From: Desulfobacterales bacterium
GTDB lineage: Bacteria > Desulfobacterota > Desulfobacteria > Desulfobacterales > JAFDHS01
DNA length: 59,778 nt
Reading direction: 5' to 3'
NCBI GenBank assembly: GCA_030589165.1
Contig: JAUUWG010000001.1
Location: 1 to 59,778 of the forward strand
Shown here: positions 55,026-59,778 of the stretch, one piece after another
How the letters are laid out: every line of letters begins with the position of its first letter
Numbering within the stretch: the stretch's first letter is position 1
Notes under the pieces: model-generated
Database searches by the model: none
What the model saw: the letters and a program-made list of their open reading frames with translations, nothing else
Told to the model about the DNA's origin: nothing
Translations under genes and position numbers: made by a program

Positions 55026-56765
55026 ATGGACAAGACAAGTTTGCAAAAAACTGATTTAGCCCGGAAAGGTATTACCCGAACGGAATTGGGGTTGCTTGTT
55101 TTCATCACAATTGCTCTGGTTTTAAAATTTTACCTGATTTTTTTGCTTAAAATCGGCTGGGATGAATTTTTCTATCTTTCCAAGGTGTATACCTATATAC
55201 GCGGTACTCTTACCGGCCAATTCCAAACATTTTATGTTCACTTTTTTACCTGGCTCTCTTACATTTCCGACAATGAGGTAACCCAAGTTATCGCTGCGCG
55301 GTTAGTACTGTATTCGCTTTTTTTGGGGGCATGTATCTATACCTACCTGATAGGAAGACAGTTTTTAAATCGGTCTGGAGCTTTGTTCGGAGTCTTTTGC
55401 TATGTTTCCCTTTCCAATATAGTGGTGCATGGCACAAGTTTTCGAGCTGATTCTATTTGTTCGTTCCTTTTTTTACTCTCAGTTTATCATATCCTCACAA
55501 GCCCTCGCTCAAAGGTGTTGATCAGTTTCGCCGGTTTTGCCATGGCACTATCATTAATGGTTTCAATCAAGGTTGCATTTCACTTGCTGACGATCGGGGT
55601 CATTTTTTTGTGTTTATTCGTTCTTGCTGAGAACAAGAGAGATGTTATCAAACAAATGCTATTTTTTGCTCTCGCCTTTTTGGGTGGATTTTTCCTCTTA
55701 TATTCCTTTCATTCATCTACACTTCTCATTCCACAAGTAACTGGGGCAAAGCAATTTGTTAGTCGTGCCGGTTCAAAGGTTATTATATTGAACGATTTGT
55801 TTCCACAATTGCCATATCTGGCACTAAGCCTCAAAAAAAATATTTTCATCTGGAGTTTTTTGATATTAGGGATAATTATTGTTACGAGTGACTTAATACG
55901 TTCAAAAGGAAAACGGATAAATAGAAATCTAATATTGTATACTTTTCTAATTCCGTTGATCACTTTGATATTCTACAGGAACGCTTTTCCTTATTTTTAT
56001 GTGTTCATAATAGCGCCTGCAATTATTTTTTGTGGTGTCATCGTCCACAAAATGACAGAGGATTACAGGAGAACCGGCTCTGCTTTTTTGATCGTTTTGG
56101 TGGCTATTTATTCTTTTTCCGTTTGTATTAATTTTCTTTTTCATTATTTAAACAATTCTTCTGATCGCACAATTGCGCAAAGGGAGTTGCTGCAGGTTGT
56201 CCATAAAATTTTTCCTGAACCTGTCCCCTATATCGATGGATGTTCTGCGATATCTTCATTCCCAAAGGTTGGGCTTTTTATGAGTACATGGGGAATGGAA
56301 GGGTATCTCCAGGCAAACAGACCGATCATGCACAAGATACTGACTCAACGGCAGCCGGTGTTTCTTTTTGCAAATATTCCCAGTCTTGATCCCCTTTTGC
56401 CAAGGGAAAATGCATTTACAGCGATAAACTACGCGTTATTAGAAAAGGATTGGAAAGTTCTTAACTCAAATTTTATCCATCACTGGGGCATTCTTTATGT
56501 TGCGGGTAAACAGTTTAAATTTGATTCAGATGCAGGGTCCCAAAATTTTGAGATATTAATACCCGGCACCTATACACTTGAGGGGGAGGAAGCCGTTTTT
56601 ATTAATGGTGTTGTTTATGAACCGGGAAGTACGGTTAATCTTAAAAAAGGAAGCCATACCATCACTGTTCAATGCACTCCCACCAGGGCAAAACTTCGCT
56701 GGGGTGAACATCTTTATAGGCCATCAAAGGAACCTTGCGCCATTCCCATTTTTTATGGCTTTTAG
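55026..56765 (+). CDS. polytopic membrane protein, probable GT-C-fold glycosyltransferase (ArnT/PMT-like architecture)
   Basis: 579 aa. It has an N-terminal TM bundle with an early acidic loop (GWDEFFYL) and a ~170-aa soluble C-terminal domain. Confidence 0.45.
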   Translation: MDKTSLQKTDLARKGITRTELGLLVFITIALVLKFYLIFLLKIGWDEFFYLSKVYTYIRGTLTGQFQTFYVHFFTWLSYISDNEVTQVIAARLVLYSLFLGACIYTYLIGRQFLNRSGALFGVFCYVSLSNIVVHGTSFRADSICSFLFLLSVYHILTSPRSKVLISFAGFAMALSLMVSIKVAFHLLTIGVIFLCLFVLAENKRDVIKQMLFFALAFLGGFFLLYSFHSSTLLIPQVTGAKQFVSRAGSKVIILNDLFPQLPYLALSLKKNIFIWSFLILGIIIVTSDLIRSKGKRINRNLILYTFLIPLITLIFYRNAFPYFYVFIIAPAIIFCGVIVHKMTEDYRRTGSAFLIVLVAIYSFSVCINFLFHYLNNSSDRTIAQRELLQVVHKIFPEPVPYIDGCSAISSFPKVGLFMSTWGMEGYLQANRPIMHKILTQRQPVFLFANIPSLDPLLPRENAFTAINYALLEKDWKVLNSNFIHHWGILYVAGKQFKFDSDAGSQNFEILIPGTYTLEGEEAVFINGVVYEPGSTVNLKKGSHTITVQCTPTRAKLRWGEHLYRPSKEPCAIPIFYGF

Positions 56766-56795
56766 GGATAGCTCTTCTTTTCTGTGAGGGAATTC

Positions 56796-56954
56796 CAATC
56801 AATAAATGCAATACCGCAAAACTCACCCCAAAAAGTGTTAATGGCTATGAACAAGAAGTATAGACTTCAGTAAAAACGCAGGTTTTATCGTGCGTCAATT
56901 ATCGTACAAAAAAACCAAAAGGTGACTTTTGCGGTATTGCGTATTTTTCTATTG
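56796..56954. repeat. about 32-bp imperfect inverted repeats enclosing a ~93-bp spacer (MITE-like or long hairpin)
   Basis: CAATCAATAAATGCAATACCGCAAAACTCACC (56796-56827) pairs with GGTGACTTTTGCGGTATTGCGTATTTTTCTATTG (56921-56954). Confidence 0.7.
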
Positions 56955-56993
56955 AATTTGAAAAAGGTTTTGATAAATTTGTCGACTGTGATA

Positions 56994-57012
56994 TGAGTAA
57001 TTAATTTACTCA
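56994..57012. promoter_or_regulatory. palindromic candidate operator upstream of the wHTH regulator gene
   Basis: TGAGTAA-ttaat-TTACTCA has 7-bp perfect half-sites. It ends 2 nt before the RBS AAGGAG of the regulator gene. Confidence 0.4.
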
Positions 57013-57027
57013 TAAAGGAGTTGTTGG

Positions 57028-57576
57028 TTGAATAATCTATTTACCGGCCTTATTGCATCAAAAACCAGAATCAGGTTGCTGATCCGTTTTTTCTTTAATC
57101 CGCAGACCCGTTCCTATTTAAGGGAGCTGGCCAAGGAATTTAATGTGTCCACCAATTCGGTGCGCGAAGAACTCAACCAGCTTACCAAAACGGATCTGCT
57201 GAAATCGGAAAAAAACGGGCGGCAAGTCTATTATATGGCAAACCAGGACCATCCCCTGTTTCCGGAGCTCAGATCCATGGTCGGCAAAGTCATGGGAATC
57301 GACCGGGTCATAGACGGCATTGTCGGCAGGTTGGGGGATCTGGAACGCGCTTACCTGATCGATGATTACGCAGAGGGCAAGGACACCGGCATTATCGACC
57401 TCGTGTTGGTGGGAAATATCGATCATTACCACCTCAATGATTTGAGCAGAAAAACTGAACGCTATATCAATCGCAAGATTCGTTCGCTGGTTTTGGATAA
57501 AGGTGAGTACAACGACCTTTTGCTGAAGCTGAAACAACGACCACGCGTGTTGATTTGGGAAGCCAAAGGAAAATAG
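57028..57576 (+). CDS. winged-helix (ArsR-like) transcriptional regulator with a C-terminal domain of unknown function
   Basis: 182 aa with a TTG start 7 nt after AAGGAG. The wHTH segment is YLRELAKEFNVSTNSVREELNQLTKTDLLKSEKNGRQVYY. Confidence 0.6.
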   Translation: MNNLFTGLIASKTRIRLLIRFFFNPQTRSYLRELAKEFNVSTNSVREELNQLTKTDLLKSEKNGRQVYYMANQDHPLFPELRSMVGKVMGIDRVIDGIVGRLGDLERAYLIDDYAEGKDTGIIDLVLVGNIDHYHLNDLSRKTERYINRKIRSLVLDKGEYNDLLLKLKQRPRVLIWEAKGK

Positions 57577-57666
57577 ACGGCCCGCACCTTTCTGATTCAT
57601 AAAGGATTCAGAATATTTGATTATTTTTGGACCCCGTTGATATCAAAAATGGAAGGATACGACAAA

Positions 57667-57900
57667 ATGGAAACAAGAAAAGCACCACTTTCCTATAGCG
57701 ACTATGTAAAGGGAATTAAGTTTTTAAACATAGATGAACAATTGAGCCTTTTAGAAATCATATCAGCCAGGCTCAAGAAGAGCATTGGTAAAAGAAGAAT
57801 AAAACATAGTATTATGGAGCTTGAGGGACTATGTGCTGATATATGGAAAGGCATTGATGCTCAGGAATATGTTCGCAAGGAGAGAGAATCTTGGGATTAG
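57667..57900 (+). CDS. putative antitoxin of a VapBC-like pair
   Basis: Small ORF immediately upstream of the PIN-domain gene and overlapping it. The start (57637, 57649 or 57667) is uncertain; 57667 follows GGAAGGA. Confidence 0.5.
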   Translation: METRKAPLSYSDYVKGIKFLNIDEQLSLLEIISARLKKSIGKRRIKHSIMELEGLCADIWKGIDAQEYVRKERESWD

Positions 57901-58337
57901 TCGATGAAATACGAGGATCAAGGATTTGTATCGATACCGCGCCCTTTATCTATTTCATTGAAAAGGATCCCAGGTATCTGGATGTATTAAGACCAGTCTT
58001 TGCTGAAATAGATGCTGGAAAAATTGATGCGTTAACATCAACCATCACATTATTAGAGGTGTTAGTCCTCCCGTTTAAGATGAAAAATGAACCGTTGGCT
58101 GAAAAATATCGTGAGATATTACTTTACGCTGAAGGATTAACAACCTTTGAGATTTCTCACGAAGTTTCAGAATTGTCCTCAAAGCTAAGGGCAAAATATT
58201 TGATCCGGACGCCTGATGCGATTCAGATAGCTGTTGGTATTATATATGGTGCTGATACGTTTTTGACCAATGATTCAGGCCTGAAGAAAGTCAAGGATAT
58301 CAAGGTAATGATACTCGAAGATTTTTTAGAAAAATAA
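57891..58337 (+). CDS. vapC: PIN-domain toxin (VapC-like)
   Basis: 148 aa with a TTG start overlapping the upstream ORF by 10 nt. Acidic PIN positions are present (ICIDTAPFIYF, TLLEV, RTPDAIQIA, FLTND). Confidence 0.75.
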   Translation: MGLVDEIRGSRICIDTAPFIYFIEKDPRYLDVLRPVFAEIDAGKIDALTSTITLLEVLVLPFKMKNEPLAEKYREILLYAEGLTTFEISHEVSELSSKLRAKYLIRTPDAIQIAVGIIYGADTFLTNDSGLKKVKDIKVMILEDFLEK

Positions 58338-58458
58338 ATTTGATGAGCTGGTCAGGATGATGGTTCGAGAAGATCTCAAACAAGCGGAAAAAGACCGGTT
58401 ATGTAACCGTGCCGGCTTTCGGACTTACAATCAGTTTGATTAGATAAACCTGATTTAA

Positions 58459-58638
58459 GGGACTCAGCACGAATAAAGTGTCCCAGATAGCGCTCATGTT
58501 CAGGTCAGATTTATTCGATCCGAAATCTAATCGCCACAGGAATAGTCGTTCTATTTCGAGGACGATTTGATTGAGGATCGGATAAAGATGGCCTGGAGAG
58601 GAGATGTTAAATGGGATAATTTATTTGTGCCGAGTCCC
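58459..58638. mobile_element. MITE-like 180-bp imperfect palindrome flanked by a TAA direct repeat
   Basis: Left end GGGACTCAGCACGAATAAAGTGTCCCA.. matches the reverse complement of the right end, GGGACTCGGCACAAATAAATTATCCCA... Internal arms also pair (TTTATTCGATCCGAAATC / GATTTGATTGAGGATCGGATAAAG). TAA sits at 58456-58458 and 58639-58641. Confidence 0.55.
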
Positions 58639-58658
58639 TAAGAGACCATGCGAATTTC

Positions 58659-59750
58659 ATGAATAAGCATTCCTCCATATACATCGCCGGTCATCGAGGC
58701 CTGGTCGGCTCCGCCATTCTCCGCCGCCTTCAGGCCGAGGGATACACCAATTTAATTAACAGGACTCATCGAGAGCTGGATCTGACCAGGCAAGATAAGG
58801 TGGAAGAATTCTTTAACAAAGAGCGGCCTGAATATGTATTCCTTGCGGCAGCGAAAGTAGGAGGCATCTGGGCCAACGCCACCCGCCCAGCGGAATTTAT
58901 CTACCAAAACCTGGCCATTCAGACCAATGTACTCCACACTGCGTATAAGGCAGGAGTAAAACGGCTCCTGTTTTTGGGTTCCTCATGCATTTATCCCCGA
59001 CAATGCCCTCAACCCATGAAGGAGGAACATCTGCTTACCGGTCCGCTGGAGTCCACCAACCAGCCCTATGCGGTGGCCAAGATTGCGGGCATCATCCAGT
59101 GCGAGGGATACAACCGCCAGTATGGCACCCGGTTTCTTGGGGTCATGCCCACAAACCTCTATGGACCCAATGATAATTACGATCTGGAAAACTCGCACGT
59201 TCTGCCTGCTTTGATCCGCAAGTTCCACCTGGCAAAACTTGCAGGTAAAGGCGATTGGGAGGGGATTCAAAGGGATGAAGCAAAATACGGCCCCATCCCG
59301 GCTGACATCCGCGGCTGTTTACTATCGATTTCTAAACACAATGATCACACTCCCCCATTGCCTACTGCCGACTCCATACTTCCTGCTCCTGCGGTGATCC
59401 TCTGGGGCACCGGCTCACCGCGCCGGGAATTTTTGCATGTTGAGGACCTGGCCGATGCTTGTCTGTTCTTGATGAATTTATCTGGCGATTCATTTGATTC
59501 TATGCTTTTGTCTGATTTGCTTGCCTCCAATCCCCAGCGGAGTGATCCTCAAGCTTCTTCTCTCCCGCTTATCAACATTGGTTGCGGCAAAGACCAAACC
59601 ATCCGGGAACTTGCAAGCCTGGTTACGGAAGTTGTCGGCTGTCAGCTACCCAAAGCTAAAGCTTTTGGGCTTGTAAAAGCCCGGCTGATTAGACTCAGCC
59701 AATCCATTTACTCAATTGGGTTGGCTACGTTAAGAATATATACAGGATAG
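58659..59750 (+). CDS. fcl: GDP-L-fucose synthase; homology is lost after about residue 327 (3' end replaced or disrupted)
   Basis: Motifs are [47 protein letters not shown] and [10 protein letters not shown]. After ..TEVVG the expected KPDGTPRK-type C-terminus is absent. Confidence 0.75.
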   Translation: MNKHSSIYIAGHRGLVGSAILRRLQAEGYTNLINRTHRELDLTRQDKVEEFFNKERPEYVFLAAAKVGGIWANATRPAEFIYQNLAIQTNVLHTAYKAGVKRLLFLGSSCIYPRQCPQPMKEEHLLTGPLESTNQPYAVAKIAGIIQCEGYNRQYGTRFLGVMPTNLYGPNDNYDLENSHVLPALIRKFHLAKLAGKGDWEGIQRDEAKYGPIPADIRGCLLSISKHNDHTPPLPTADSILPAPAVILWGTGSPRREFLHVEDLADACLFLMNLSGDSFDSMLLSDLLASNPQRSDPQASSLPLINIGCGKDQTIRELASLVTEVVGCQLPKAKAFGLVKARLIRLSQSIYSIGLATLRIYTG

Positions 59751-59778
59751 CCTCAATGCTCCACAAGTTGAGGAAACT

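Noticed and set aside
1-59778. Search for tRNA, rRNA, tmRNA, integrase, transposase, phage or cas genes
   Set aside because: No T-arm-type GGTTCGAATCC/GGTTCAAATCC-like motifs were seen, and no ORFs carry recombinase, transposase or Cas signatures. The mobile-looking items are all non-autonomous repeats.

Overview
The window looks like a chromosomal segment from a Desulfobacterota-like (deltaproteobacterial) genome; that placement is inferred from gene content only. I found about 55 protein-coding genes and no rRNA, tRNA, CRISPR array, integrase or transposase.

Gene order:
- 1-6.3 kb: PAPS-synthesis genes (cysQ fragment, fused ATP sulfurylase/APS kinase), three nucleotide-sugar genes (TviB-like dehydrogenase, epimerase, galU) and a NifU-like gene.
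- 6.9-14.6 kb: KamA-like radical SAM protein, MBL-fold hydrolase, recJ, DUF4911-miaB, BFN nuclease and a PHP hydrolase.
- 14.6-20.6 kb, minus strand: a compact non-canonical Hsp70 module made of an 892-aa TPR-like protein, an HPD-less J-like protein, a long GrpE-like protein, an Hsp70 and a zinc-ribbon protein.
- 20.8-33.3 kb: recC-recB-recD, purB and a UvrD-like helicase.
- 33.3-35.2 kb: DUF3786 protein and cfa.
- 35.3-51.6 kb, minus strand: a complete Tad/Flp pilus locus with two flp pilins, tadV, cpaB, secretin, pseudopilins, tadZ and tadABC. Downstream of it sit a TadD-like TPR lipoprotein, a secreted beta-helix protein, a TPR-LytR_C protein and two lipoproteins.
- 51.8-56.8 kb: a GT2 gene and two GT-C-like membrane protein genes next to the pilins.
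- 52.6-59.8 kb: small accessory items, namely a GxxExxY gene in an inverted-repeat cassette, a wHTH regulator, a vapBC-like pair, a MITE-like palindrome and an fcl gene whose 3' end is disrupted at the window edge.

The most unusual signals:
1. The self-contained Hsp70/GrpE/J-like/TPR module.
2. A dense modular intergenic repeat family, with about 9 full or partial copies. Each has 9/10-bp CACTTTAG arrays around an asymmetric core that contains GCGAAGC. Copies separate genes inside operons and in places supply stop codons or C-terminal residues.
3. A decayed tandem duplication of a GT2-flp unit, which together with the GT-C genes suggests Flp pilin glycosylation.

All functional calls rest on motif recognition in the translated ORFs; no database search was possible.
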